Shown here: one piece after another, positions 1-12,938 of the stretch
Numbering within the stretch: the first letter of the stretch is position 1
Layout of the letters: every line of letters starts with the position of its first letter
Origin: Hormiphora californensis
Taxonomy: Eukaryota; Animalia; Ctenophora
Length of the DNA stretch: 64,000 nt
Direction of reading: 5' to 3'
NCBI GenBank assembly: GCA_020137815.1
Contig: CM035354.1
Location: 1,054,001 to 1,118,000 of the forward strand
Notes under the pieces: model-generated
Told to the model about the DNA's origin: nothing
Seen by the model: only the letters and a program-made list of their open reading frames with translations
The model's database searches: none
Program-made: the position numbers and the translations under genes

Positions 1-11
1 CATGCCCTATA

Positions 12-83
12 GTTCTTTCTCTGTATTCTCTCTGTAGGCAGTACATATATGTACTGCCTACAGAGAGAATACAGAGAAAGAAC
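12..83. repeat. Perfect 72-bp palindrome
   Basis: gttctttctctgtattctctctgtaggcagtacata is followed directly by its reverse complement; centre at 47/48. Confidence 0.9.
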
Positions 84-169
84 CATCACTGTGGTCCATT
101 ATCAGTTAGAGTTTTACTGTTGATGGGATCCCATTAATGGGATGCCATTCAGTTAGAGTTTCCCCTAAT

Positions 170-740
170 GGAGGGTTTCAGGGGTATGGGGGGTGTCTAG
201 GAGTCTATTAGGGTGTCTAAAAAGGGGTGTAATGGGTATCTAACAATCCCAGGGTCGGAGGGGTGTATAGGAGGGTAATAGGCATAGGAGCTGGAGGGGT
301 ATCTTTGGGGCGTTCAGGGGTATCTAGCAAGATCTGATATGTATCTAGTAGGGTCTAATGGGTATCTAGAGGGGTAAAATGGCTATCTAAGGAGCTGTGA
401 GGATATCTTTGAAGATCTGAGGGGTATCTAGAACGATTTTAGAGGTATCTAACGGGGTCTAAGGGGTATCTAGTACAGTCTAATGTGTATCTTGGAGGGT
501 TTTAGGGGTATCTAGGAAGATCTAAAATGCATCTAGCAGGGTCAGAGGGGTGTATAGGAAGGTAAAAGGGTTAACCAATGAGCTGTAAGGGCTATCTAGG
601 AAGCTTCGAGGGGCATCTAATAGATTGTAATAGGTATCTAGCAGGGTCTGAGGGGTAGTTAGGAGGTTACTAGGGGTATGTAGGAGGCTCTTAGAGACTC
701 AGGGTATCGTATATGGTCTGCTGAATATCTAATAGGCTAA
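170..740. repeat. Degenerate G-rich tandem repeat (core ggggtatctag, about 20-21 bp period)
   Basis: Many diverged copies of gggtatcta(g/a) at roughly 20-bp spacing. Confidence 0.65.
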
Positions 741-1170
741 TACGGCTATGCGCATATCTAATTATCCAATTATCCAATTAACCAATTGAGATAGGAACTT
801 TTCATGGGTGTCTACCCCCACTAATGCGAGGACGCTGCACAGTTTAGTGTCCCTATTTTCATTTCTACTCCTATTCTAAGAGGATTTATATTCGGCAACC
901 ATGCACGGCATAAATTATCCAATTAACTCAATTATCTCAATTAGTATTGGAGATATCGACTCAGTAATGGTCTCTACCCCCTATAATGTTATGATTCTAC
1001 ACATTTTAGTGTCCTTATTTTTGTCTCTACTCCATTTCTAAGCCAAGTTATGGGAATATCCAGTTAGTGCCAATTAAGGCCAATTATAGGGGTCTTCCCC
1101 ACCACTTCAGATTTAAAACTTTTTTTTGGTGCATAAGGACCTCTTAGACTAACTATTAGTGAAGGAATTA
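740..1170. mobile_element. Diverged fragment related to the palindromic MITE at 19357-20359
   Basis: tacggctatgcgcatatctaattatccaattatc...ctacccccactaatgcgaggacgct closely matches 20033-20170. Confidence 0.7.
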
Positions 1171-1534
1171 GCCGTCCCCCCCAAAATTCCTGGTCCTTAC
1201 CCTAATCACATGGATTAGGGGTGGGATGGTTTTTCATTGCTGGGGGCTTTGCCCCCAGACCCCCATTAGGCCACGGGGCACTTGCCAGTGCAGTGATTTG
1301 ATTGTCATGCTGGCAGTGAGATTGCTGTAACTCTTACACACTGAAAAGTCTCACAGTGATTATGTACGCTAAATGTGGACGTTTTTTGTTATAATTCTGC
1401 CATTGTTTTTCTAATTCTTGGCCAACATTTGGCAATGCAGATACAGTTACAGACACAATCATCAATCATTGTCACATGGTGATGAAACAAGGTGTCATGG
1501 ACAGTCTCTGACGACAGTGTCTTCGCTTTATATA

Positions 1535-4500
1535 CAGGGTGTGAACTGCATGTCGTGTTTGCTAGTCGCGAGCGCGCTTGCGAGACAAGCAAACACGTCA
1601 AGGTTCATTAACAAGCATGCTGCTCAGTCATTTTAGATTTAATACACAATGTAAGGATACCATGTAATAGGTGAGACTCTTGCCGTCACCCTCGTTCAAG
1701 TCCCGTGAAAAACGGAGCAGTACACGCTAACTGATGCCCATTTTCCTCGCGTGACCCCGATTCAGCAGTTTGAGACACCAACTCTTTAGGGGGCCATATC
1801 TCAGGAACCAGACAAGATAGGAAAAATCGCCGTCTAACGAGGCGTACAGTTTTTAATCTAGTTTACCACTGTACCGGCCGTTTCACTCTCCGACCTAAAA
1901 CAAAAATCGCAACCCCACAAAACTTCAAAATAATGAAATTCGCATCTCGCATGTCGTGTTGCATGTCGTGTTGCATGTCGTGTCATGTTATTGACGCGCT
2001 CGCGTTCAACTCTCACACAGCAGCTGCAGAACATGGCGGGAAACATCGAGGAGTAGAGAGAGGGTCGGTGCCGAATCAAATATTTCTTGATCTTGATCTA
2101 CTCCATCTCTCAGCTATCCTACCCCTCATCAACTCGATCTCTCAGCTACCCTACCCCTCATCTACTCCATCTTTCAGCTACCCTACCCCTCATCTACTCC
2201 ATCTTTCAGCTACCCTACCCCTAATCTAGTCCATCTCTCCGCTACCCTACTCCTCATCTACTCCATCTCTCAGCTACCCTACCTCCCATTTACTCCATCT
2301 CTCAGCTACCCTACCTCCCATTTACTCCATCTCTCAGCTTCCCTACCTCCCATTTACTCCATCTCTCAGCTTACCTACCTCCCATTTATTCCATATCTCA
2401 GCTTCCCTACCTGTGATTTACTCCATATTTCAGATACCCTACCTCCCATTTACTCCATCTCTCAGCTTACCTACCTCCCATTCACTCCATCTATCAGCTA
2501 CCCTACCTCCCATTTATTCCATCTCTCAGCTTCCCTACCTCCCATTTACTCCATCTCTCAGCTTCCCTACCTCCCATTTACTCCATCTCTCAGCTTACCT
2601 ACCTCCCATTTACTCCATCTCTCAGCTTCCCTACCTCCCATTTACTCCATCTCTCAGCTACCTTACCTTCCATTTACTCCATCTCTCAGCTTCCCTTCCT
2701 CCCATTTACTCCATCTCTCAGCTACCCTACCTCCCATTTACTCCATCTCTCAGCTTACCTACCTCCCATTTATTCCATATCTCAGCTTCCCTACCTGTCA
2801 TTTACTCCATATTTCAGATACCCTACCTCCCATTTACTCCATCTCTCAGCTTACCTACCTCCCATTCACTCCATCTATCAGCTACCCTACCTCCCATTTA
2901 TTCCATCTCTCAGCTTCCCTACCTCCCATTTACTCCATCTCTCAGCTTCCCTACCTCCCATTTACTCCATCTCTCAGCTTACCTACCTCCCATTTACTCC
3001 ATATCTCAGCTTCCCTACCTGCCATTTACTCCATCTTTCAGATACCCTACCTCCCATTTACTCCATCTCACAGCTTCCCTACCTCCCATTTACTCCATCT
3101 CTCAGCTTCCCTACCTCCCATTTACTCCATCTTTCAGCTTCCCTACCTCCCATTTACTCCATCGCTTACCTTCCCTACCTCCCATTTACTCCATCTCTCA
3201 GCTTCCCTACCTCCCATTTACTCCATCTCTCAGCTTCCCTACCTCCCATTTACTCCATCTCTCATTTATCCTAACATTCCTACCCCTGAGAGATGGAGTA
3301 AATGGGAGGTAGGGAAGCTGGGAGATGGAGTAAATGGGAGGTAGGAAAGCTAAGAGATGGAGTAAATGGGTGGTAGGGTAGCTGAGAGATAGAGTAAATG
3401 GGAGGTAGGGAAGCTGAGGGATGGAGTAAATGGGAGGTAGGGAAGCTGAGAGATGGAGTAAATGGGAGGTAGGTAAGCTGAGAGATGGAGTAAATGGGAG
3501 GTAGGGTAGCTGAGAGATGGAGTAAATGGGAGGTAGGGTAGCTGAGAGATGGAGTAAATGGGAGGTAGGGTAGCTGAGAGATGGAGTAAATGGGAGGTAG
3601 GGAAGCTGGGAGATGGAGTAAATGGAAGGTAAGGTAGCTGAGAGATGGAGTAAATGGGAGGTAGGGAAGCTGAGAGATGGAGTAAATGGGAGGTAGGGAA
3701 GCTGAGAGATGGAGTAAATGGGAGGTAGGTAAACTGAGAGATGGAGTAAATGGGAGGTAGGGTATCTGAGAGATGGAGTAAATGGCAGGTAGGGAAGCTG
3801 AGATATGGAGTAAATGGGAGGTAGGAAAGCTGAGAGATGGAGTAAATGGGTGGTAGGGTAGCTGAGAGATGGAGTAAATGGGAGGTAGGGAAGCTGAGAG
3901 ATGGAGTAAATGGGAGGTAGGGAAGCTGAGAGATGGAGTAAATGGGAGGTAGGTAAGCTGAAAGATGGAGTAAATGGGAGGTAGGGTAGCTGAGAGATGG
4001 AGTAAATGGGAGGTAGCGTAGCTGAGAGATGGAGTAAATGGGAGGTAGGGAAGCTGAGAGATGGAGTAAATGGGAGGTAGGGTAGCTGAGAGATGGAGTA
4101 AATGGGAGGAAGGGAAGCTGAGAGATGGAGTAAATGGAAGGTAAGGTAGCTGAGAGATGGAGTAAATGGGAGGTAGGGTATCTGAGAGATGGAGTAAATG
4201 GCAGGTAGGGAAGCTGAGATATGGAGTAAATGGGAGGTAGGAAAGCTGAGAGATGGAGTAAATGGGTGGTAGGGTAGCTGAGAGATGGAGTAAATGGGAG
4301 GTAGGGAAGCTGAGAGATGGAGTAAATGGGAGGTAGGGAAGCTGAGAGATGGAGTAAATGGGAGGTAGGTAAGCTGAAAGATGGAGTAAATGGGAGGTAG
4401 GGTAGCTGAGAGATGGAGTAAATGGGAGGTAGCGTAGCTGAGAGATGGAGTAAATGGGAGGTAGGGAAGCTGAGAGATGGAGTAAATGGGAGGTAGGGTA

Positions 4501-5624
4501 GCTGAGAGATGGAGTAAATGGGAGGAAGGGAAGCTGAGAGATGGAGTAAATGGAAGGTAAGGTAGCTGAGAGATGGAGTAAATGGGAGGTAGAGAAGCTG
4601 AGAGATGGAGTAAATGGGAAGTAGGGTAGCTGAAAGATGGAGTAAATGGGAGGTAGGGAAGCTGAGAGATGGAGTAAATGGGAGGTAGGTAAGCTGAGAG
4701 ATGGAGTAAATGGGAGGTAGGGTATCTGAGAGATGGAGTAAATGGCAGGTAGGGAAGCTGAGATATGGAGTAAATGGGAGGTAGGTAAGCTGAGAGATGG
4801 AGTAAATGGGAGGTAGGGAAGCTGAGAGATGGAGTAAATGGGAGGTAGGGTAGCTGAGAGATGGAGTAAATGGGAGGTAGGGTAGCTGAGAGATGGAGTA
4901 GATGAGGAGTAGGGTAGCGGAGAGATGGACTAGATTAGGGGTAGGGTAGCTGAAAGATGGAGTAGATGAGGGGTAGGGTAGCTGAAAGATGGAGTAGATG
5001 AGGGGTAGGGTAGCTGAGAGATCGAGTTGATGAGGGGTAGGATAGCTGAGAGATGGAGTAGATCAAGATCAAGAAATATTTGATTCGGCACCGACCCTCT
5101 CTCTACTCCTCGATGTTTCCCGCCATGTTCTGCAGCTGCTGTGTGAGAGTTGAACGCGAGCGCGTCAATAACATGACACGACATGCAACACGACATGCAA
5201 CACGACATGCGAGATGCGAATTTCATTATTTTGAAGTTTTGTGGGGTTGCGATTTTTGTTTTAGGTCGGAGAGTGAAACGGCCGGTACAGTGGTAAACTA
5301 GATTAAAAACTGTACGCCTCGTTAGACGGCGATTTTTCCTATCTTGTCTGGTTCCTGAGATATGGCCCCCTAAAGAGTTGGTGTCTCAAACTGCTGAATC
5401 GGGGTCACGCGAGGAAAATGGGCATCAGTTAGCGTGTACTGCTCCGTTTTTCACGGGACTTGAACGAGGGTGACGGCAAGAGTCTCACCTATTACATGGT
5501 ATCCTTACATTGTGTATTAAATCTAAAATGACTGAGCAGCATGCTTGTTAATGAACCTTGACGTGTTTGCTTGTCTCGCAAGCGCGCTCGCGACTAGCAA
5601 ACACGACATGCAGTTCACACCCTG
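1535..5624. mobile_element. Foldback-type non-autonomous DNA transposon (Tc1/mariner-like CAGGGTG ends) with internal 32-bp tandem arrays in inverted orientation
   Basis: Arms are reverse complements (paired coordinates sum to 7159; mirror ORFs 1858-2079/5080-5301). Ends CAGGGTGTG...CACACCCTG, with TA on the left. No transposase ORF. Confidence 0.85.
2095..5062. repeat. 32-bp minisatellite (tactccatctctcagcttccctacctcccatt), about 36 copies C-rich then about 55 copies G-rich
   Basis: Period 32 read directly. Strand switch across a short unique spacer at about 3265-3286. Confidence 0.9.
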
Positions 5625-6203
5625 ATATAGCTATGCAATATCGATTGAGATTTGTGCTGAGAAATATTATCAATTTAATGATTTATTCCTTTTGGTAAAT
5701 CTTTTGTTTATCAATAAAACTGGAAAACGATGTTTTACGCATTAAAAACCAAACTACGATGCATAATTATAGCGCGCGCCGCGCAATTTAAGATTGGAAA
5801 GTGCAGTTGCAGTTGCAAAAAATTTTTAGTCGCAAAAGAAATTTTCGTCGGAGAGCGCTTTGGCATGCGCTGCAGACCCCAAGTGCGCGCGTTTTCCACG
5901 GCTTCTATAGGGCCTGTAGCATAGGCCAAGAGAGCGCTCCTTGATTTTTGGTCGAAGAGCGCTGTATGTTTGCTCCTTGCTAGCAACGCGGTACGCCGGA
6001 AGACAACGCCAACATCATGGGCTGCTTTTAAGAGTTCACTGGCCAAGTCTTGACTGTGCTGGTTTCAAAATTTGCCGGCTTTTACACATTTTTAGCCTTA
6101 CTAGCAATCAATTAATTACAGCACGGCAATTTGTTCACTTCAATGTTTAGGAAGACTGAAGATCAAGGATCCGAGATAGCTCTACTGGTGGGTGAAAGCG
6201 AAG

Positions 6204-7496
6204 ATGGGCGAACTTAATTTTTTCTCCACGTTAGAAGACCTGAACGCAGCTTCAGATGAACAAATTCTTCGGGAAATGGGGGCGGTATCCCCTGAGGTAG
6301 TAATGGAGTATGTCCTGCACCTGAGGAGAAAAACAAATATCATTTCAAAAGAGGATAATACAAGTGCCCGTCCTCCTGCATACAACCCGGAATATAGTGA
6401 CAATGTACCAGGCAGTAGTAGAGAATCGAGGGACATGACTGAACGTGGATTGAAAGTGGTTGAGGGGGAAGCCAGTTTAAAAGGAGGAGTCGCTTTCCGG
6501 ACCCCCGAATCGAATATTCAACTTGATATTCATGGCAGCGAACTCAGCAATTTGAAAGATTTTGTGTTGGATAAAAGACTTAGAGTTGGTGATAAAATAA
6601 TTGCAGAAGGTTTCCTTAACGCACGGTGTGAATTCTCGATCAATTTGCGTACAAATGACCTGCGAACTGCATACCAGATCAATTTTCTTGACACTGGAGA
6701 AATGGTGATGAGCGGCACCGGGAGCTGGACCTCTATATCCGACTCAGTGGAACAAAGAAATCCTGGCCAGAAATATAAATTTGTTATCTTGTGCGATACA
6801 AAGGCGTTTCGGATGTTTGTAGATGACGTAGAAAAGAAAGCATTTCCGTACCTAACACCCCTAGAAGACCTCACTGGAGTATGGTGCCAACCTCGGTGGG
6901 TTTGGAGCTCTGTTAAAGTTCACCAAGGAGTTGCAGTTGGATCTGTTGCTGATCTCGAATGGAATACCCAACCTAGAGACTTTGCTAGCCGCGTGACACA
7001 CAGTCCCGACTACGTGTATGTCCCTACTCGTCGACCACATTTTACGGGTCCTCTGAAAAAGATAAAAGAGGTCTACAAACTCAAGCAGAAACTCAAAGTT
7101 GCGGATAAAATCTGCCTAATGGGAAAGTATAATCCTGAATGGGGAAGTTGGCTATTTAGGGTTTATTTTAACCGAGGCTACACTTGCAGTTCGGGTGACT
7201 ATAGGGCTGACTTCCTTGTTGCTTTAGAACCTAATAACATTCTCAGAATGAAATCCGACAACCATGAAAACACCGATATTACCGTTAAACATCAGCCTTT
7301 TCTAAACGAACCGTTTCTTCTTGAAATTGTGTGTGGCAGTGATGCGTTTCAGGTATATCTCAACGAAGTCGATGTAGGATCTTTTCCATATCTCAACGAA
7401 ATTCGCAATATTGCCGAAATACATTTGGCTCATGGATCGAAAGGAAATGGCTGGTTTTGGTTGAGTTTGCCCCAGGGACAGTACCGTCGTTCCTAA
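6204..7496 (+). CDS. Tandem galectin-like (two galectin-fold domains) protein, intronless
   Basis: Two repeats of the pattern L(R/K)V(G/A)DKI-x-G...F-x-(I/V)-x...F-x-(L/F)-x-I-x-C-x-x-x-AF-x-(M/V)-(F/Y)-(V/L)-(D/N)...FPY, typical of galectin CRDs. ATG at 6204; no signal peptide. Confidence 0.7.
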   Translation: MGELNFFSTLEDLNAASDEQILREMGAVSPEVVMEYVLHLRRKTNIISKEDNTSARPPAYNPEYSDNVPGSSRESRDMTERGLKVVEGEASLKGGVAFRTPESNIQLDIHGSELSNLKDFVLDKRLRVGDKIIAEGFLNARCEFSINLRTNDLRTAYQINFLDTGEMVMSGTGSWTSISDSVEQRNPGQKYKFVILCDTKAFRMFVDDVEKKAFPYLTPLEDLTGVWCQPRWVWSSVKVHQGVAVGSVADLEWNTQPRDFASRVTHSPDYVYVPTRRPHFTGPLKKIKEVYKLKQKLKVADKICLMGKYNPEWGSWLFRVYFNRGYTCSSGDYRADFLVALEPNNILRMKSDNHENTDITVKHQPFLNEPFLLEIVCGSDAFQVYLNEVDVGSFPYLNEIRNIAEIHLAHGSKGNGWFWLSLPQGQYRRS

Positions 7497-7631
7497 GTAC
7501 CTCTGTACCAAAAGGAATGTAGTTTTAATGTAGTTTTATAATGAACTGAATTATGTTTTATGCTTCATGGTTATTAATTACTGTCATGATGTTATTTTAT
7601 TGTACATACCTACATAGTTTTATTGCATGAT

Positions 7632-8251
7632 TAGTGGGAGACACTAGCGTGGTACGCAGAAAAAAAATATCTCCAGTTCCTGATGAGCTACAGAGTTCGT
7701 TTGGGTACCCTTGGAAAGGGAATTTCATTGCCCATCGAATGGCGCCAGTTTGAAGTCTTTATCTCATCAGGAACAGGAGTTATGGGCCAAAACGTGAAAA
7801 GCCGATATTGAAAAATTTTCACGATTTTCGGCTAATCACGTTTTGGCCCATAACTCCTGTTCCTGATGAGATAAAGACTTCAAACTGGCGCCATTCGATG
7901 GGAAATGAAATTCCCTTTCCAACGGTACCCAAACGAACTCTGTAGCTTATCAGGAACCGGAGATATGATCAATTATGATAATAACACCCGTAAGGGCCCC
8001 TCGGCATTATGATAAATGACCATATCTCCTGTTCCTGATAAGCTACAGAGTTCGTTTGGGTACCGTTGGAAAGGAAATTTCAAGCCCCATCGAATGGCGA
8101 AGGTTTGAAGTCTTTATCTCATCAGGAAAAAAAGTTATGCGCCAAAACGTGAAAAGTCGATGTTGAAAAACTTTTTCTTGCGTGTTTTTTGAAAAACGAA
8201 TTTGGTGTGGCGCGCATTTTTTTGTGCGTACCACGCTAGTGTCTCCCACTA
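7632..8251. mobile_element. MITE with 27-bp TIR (TAGTGGGAGACACTAGCGTGGTACGCA), 3-bp TSD GAT, internal A-A'-A repeat; possibly Academ-like
   Basis: TIRs at 7632-7658 and 8225-8251, GAT on both flanks. A ~130-bp unit occurs at 7668 (forward), 7837 (inverted) and 8022 (forward). Confidence 0.8.
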
Positions 8252-8548
8252 GATATGGTTTTTAAGAATTAGTTTTCGAGTTTCTTACCAGTATTGTTCA
8301 GATCTCATTCTTTAGCGACAGTGATACAGTTCTATAGCTCTGTCTGTGTCGGATATGTTTAGTTTTATTGTTGATGATTTTTAAGTCGTAGTTTGTGATT
8401 TATTATTACTTGTGATCCGTGAATCATTTTTGATTTTATTTGTACACAACATTAAAGTCTACACGCATCCTAATTATTTGTTTACTTTAGTTTATAATCA
8501 ATGCCAGGAGTCGATTAACGCTAAGCTGAACCGATAAATCCGTGAGTT

Positions 8549-9490
8549 ATGGCACAAACATCGGCCCAAGATGTCCAGCGTCTCCTTCAGGGGATTTCAA
8601 ACTCAAACCAGGAGTATCAAGAACAGATTAAAACACCTTTAATAACCGTTTCTGCATCTTTAATTGCGACACCTCTGGTTACAGCACTTATCTGGCCGAT
8701 AGATGTTGTTAAAAACCATGTCCTAGCCGGTAAACCAACTACAACGGGATTCAAACACTCGTACAGCTCCAAAGGATTTGGTTTTGCGATGGCGGGAGCG
8801 GCAGTGTGTGCAACAGACATCACTCAGCGGTATATTCACAACGATAAAGGTAAAACTTGGAGTAACCGAGATAAACTCCTTCTGACAGCCGCACCCCTCT
8901 CACTCCTTCCCATTACTTCCGCCTTCGAGTGCCTCAAACTCAACTCACAAATCGGTCAATTGAGTCTGAAGGAGTCATGGAGAAAGCTGACGAAGGTAGG
9001 ATATGGAGGTCTGATGAGAGGTTTCGGTGCTCATGCGGCCATAAACTCTCTTCTCTATGCTGCCCTTGTTGTCCCGGGGATCGTACTGGTGGAACCTGTG
9101 CCAGAGAGTGAGCAAACAGAGAAACCGGGGCACGTGGACCCTCTCTTCCTCCTTGCCTCACTGATCATCACAACCCCTATTGACATGTACAAAACTCGGA
9201 CAATGCTGGGGGAGAAGGTGTGTCCTAGGTCCATCCTGAAACCAGATCTCATCCTGGCTGGGTTTCTGAACAGGACAATTTACTGCATGTTGTTTGGACT
9301 GCTTGCAACATTTGCAATCGATAAAACGGAATCGGGTTTATACATGTTCAAGATTAGGAGGTATTTCAATAATAAACGAGAGGCAATGTTTAATATCAAA
9401 GATGATGAATTTGATGCGTTTGTGCCTGAAGACACAGATGATATGGACGGTGATACTGTGTTAGCACAGGCATACATTAGAGACGGCTGA
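8549..9490 (+). CDS. Divergent mitochondrial carrier (SLC25 family), intronless
   Basis: Three carrier signatures Px[DE]xx[KR]: PIDVVK, AFECLK (degenerate), PIDMYKTR. Also GYGGLMRG; 313 aa with hydrophobic helices. Confidence 0.75.
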   Translation: MAQTSAQDVQRLLQGISNSNQEYQEQIKTPLITVSASLIATPLVTALIWPIDVVKNHVLAGKPTTTGFKHSYSSKGFGFAMAGAAVCATDITQRYIHNDKGKTWSNRDKLLLTAAPLSLLPITSAFECLKLNSQIGQLSLKESWRKLTKVGYGGLMRGFGAHAAINSLLYAALVVPGIVLVEPVPESEQTEKPGHVDPLFLLASLIITTPIDMYKTRTMLGEKVCPRSILKPDLILAGFLNRTIYCMLFGLLATFAIDKTESGLYMFKIRRYFNNKREAMFNIKDDEFDAFVPEDTDDMDGDTVLAQAYIRDG

Positions 9491-9904
9491 TAAGTTGAGA
9501 GGGAGTTAATTTATTACACTTTTTATAAGTTTTATTTGAGATATTTCTCACTCGTGTGGCCCACATGTGATTGAAATGTTTGTCGTGGCCCTCTTACAGA
9601 TATATAATGTTGTTTTTTGTACACTCATTTTTTCACAACCACTTGGAACTCTTGTTTATAACACACACCTCCCCTGTATTGATAAATCTAACCACCTTTA
9701 TTTCCTCTCTCTAGTCAAGGCTCCTGAGCGTGGTTATCTCTCTCAGCAACAGTGGTAAGTTAACACCCGCTATCAAACACTCTGTTTTATGATCCCACTT
9801 TTCTCTGTACTATGATAACAGATTTGCGTCACACATGTACACTGTTATTCACCACACACACTGTTATTCACTGTTTACCATCTGCACCCTTTTCCATACA
9901 CACA

Positions 9905-10056
<152 letters not shown>

Positions 10057-12938
10057 AACCGTTTACACACCATCACTCTCTAACTCAACCCTCTCTCTTT
10101 CACATACACCACTCCATCTCTCTAAATCACCTCTTACAAATACAAACAACCTATTCTCTAACTCAACCCTCTCTCTCTAATACAAACACACATACACCAA
10201 ACAATCTTGTCTCAAACACACATACACCCAAAGTTGCAACCCTGTCCGTGACACATTTCCCTTTTTTACAGTGGCACGCCGCCGCCCCCTCGCCATATCA
10301 CAGCTGGTTCGCTCTCTCTCTCCCAATAATTAACCACCCTCTCTGTTTTATAAACACATCCGTTTGACACAATCAGAAAAAAGTCAGTTTTCAGTTTGTG
10401 CTATGATCCGCACCACGTCAATACTAGAATCAGATTATAGTCAGCAGCTCAGAGAGAATGGAAAGATGGAGATGGGGTAGTAGCTATGGGGTTCAATTCT
10501 GCGAGTCCAGAAAGGCAGTTTCATCGCTGCTAATGAGTCTTTACGAGCACTCCTCGTCGAGGAGAGTGTAAACGAAGGAGGTTATTGAGATATGAGTGGT
10601 GAATTTACCTGACATCGTGTTTACTGATCCGCCTGGGGAAGCTTGTGTAGCTCACACCGCTCTGTGAGGGTTCAGTAGATAAAGGGGGAGCTCCTGAAAT
10701 CCTGGGTCTTCCCTTCCTTTTGCCTGACCCAGTTGAATGATGTGTTGGAAAAGGAGGTATTCAGTTGTAAACGGGGTTGTATCAGTACGGGATCAGTTTG
10801 AGGAATCAGTAAAGTAAGAGGAATCAGTAAAGTAAGAGGAATCAAAAATGGAGTTTTTGTTTTTGGACGAAGGGGTATTTGAAGATACAAATGTGTGGCT
10901 GGAGCCTCGATACATAAGTGGAATCTTTATTACTGCCAGATGACTGGAGAATTGGTGAAATGGAGTGACGAAGGTGTTTATTAAATCAGATAATGCTATA
11001 ACTGGGCCGAAACAACAACTTATTCCTGGGCTAACAACAACTTATTCCTGGGCTGCACAACTTATTCCTGGGCTCCCTTTTCAGCCTTCTCTACAACTTC
11101 TTCCTTCCATAAAATATCCTGATACCTACTACAACTTCACCCACCCCAATATCCTGATACCTGATCCAACATCAGAATACAAATCTGCTGGCGATGTCCT
11201 GAAATGTGTTACTCGCTGTGTCCTCGGTTTTCACAGATCTGCTGCTCATATATTTCTGGATCAGCTGTGTAGAGCTGCTGCTCATATTTCTGAAATTTCG
11301 GGGTACAAGTTGTAAACAATTCCTTCAACGCCCATCTTAATTTCCGAACACTGGCAGAATATTCCTTCTGGATTATTCCCTGGCTCCCCCAAAACTCCCT
11401 ATTTTCCGGTGGATCGAATTTCACCATCCCCCACTATCATGTCTCTTTGCCGCTACTCAACGACCAAAACCAACGTGGGAGTGCAACGTCAAACAGATCG
11501 GTGTCCAGCTTCTTGAGTTTCGTTTTGTTTCCTATCGGGCTAAAATCTATTCGTTTGGCCGGCCCCTTGCGTCTCTCTCTCGCTTCCCTAATCTGTGTTC
11601 TTCAGAGAGTTTTGTGAATATCAGGTAAGATGCGATTCAATAATTTGATATTTTATTGATACAGTGTATCTTTTTGGACGTTTTAAAAAATGAAGTCTAG
11701 AAAGAGAACATCATGTAAGACCTATAAACCTTAGAATCAAAAAGCACTAATGTTATGTAGAAAGGGGTAATGGGGAAATTCATTGGGGATCTAAATCTTT
11801 CAATAGCAGAATAACAGCAGAATAAATCCAAATTATGTTACCATTGCACAACCAGAAGCGTTTGTATAGTCCCATGCCCAAATATGGAATAATGAGGTCC
11901 TTTATTATCCAAGCTATTTTAGTGTTACACCTTGCTAATGGAATAGAGGGAGAGAATAAAATAATGCAGCATTTTTACAGGGGGTAGCACACTTTGGGAC
12001 ACTTTCTCAATGTTTTATCTATCACACTGTGTTTAACTGTGCTATTTTGTGAGTGACAGGCAAAATTATCAGCTTAGTACACGTGTATTGCCTAGCTAGA
12101 CTGTGTTAGAACATAACAACACGTGTATTGTTCTCATTTTCCTTTTCATTTATCTTTCATTCAATGTCTCATATTCCTTTATTCTCTCTCCCCCTCTCTC
12201 TCTCTCATTCTTTCTGCCTATATTTTTCACCCCTCAGTTCACTATCTTCGAGCTTCGATTTTGAAACACTCGCCTGGGTAAAATGTTATTTTTCTGTAAC
12301 CTCAAACATCCCTCAAACATATAAAGTAAATTTTGAGGGGCAACATCTAAAAACTTCTTCCTCATGAAAACTCTCCAGGCGCAAGAAGAATCCCATACAA
12401 GCTAGAAATGCCCAACTAAAGCAGATGTATCATGTTGTAATTTTCATAAATTAAATATAAGAATTGAACGGTATATTGGCATATCTCTCCGTGTTTTAGT
12501 GGCGACTATACATTATTACAGCAGCATCCTACCATGTCTAAATTTACCATTGTGGATTTGGGTTTGTTTTTTATAACATATGATAAGGGGATTTTCTTTC
12601 ATGTGCTTGTTTTATGTCATTTAGCCCTATATTCTTGCAGCCTCGATTCATTGAACCTAGAGTGAGAGCTCAGTATACCTTACATATTATAATATTGTAC
12701 AGAGAGAGAGATCACTGTCACAAGCTTTACTGAGTGTGGGCGTAGGTTTGTCGGAAACCGGGAGCCAACAAAACTAGCACCCCATCAACTTTCCTCAATG
12801 CAAAGTACCCCTCTTTTCGCGCGGTTCCCTGCGCGCGCTCATCTAGCCCTACTCGCCAACTCACCTTCACGACCCCTCTTCCCTCCCTTCATCAACCCCA
12901 TCTCCTCTCCCTTCCCAGAGAATTCAGAGTGACTGATC

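Noticed and set aside
2413-3312. 299-aa repetitive ORF and mirror ORFs 1933-2229/4930-5226
   Set aside because: Translation of a stop-free 32-bp repeat inside the foldback element; no protein-like features.
10672-11427. Short ORFs and 17-18 bp direct repeats upstream of RBM15
   Set aside because: No recognisable domain, TIR or TSD; cannot support a gene or element call.
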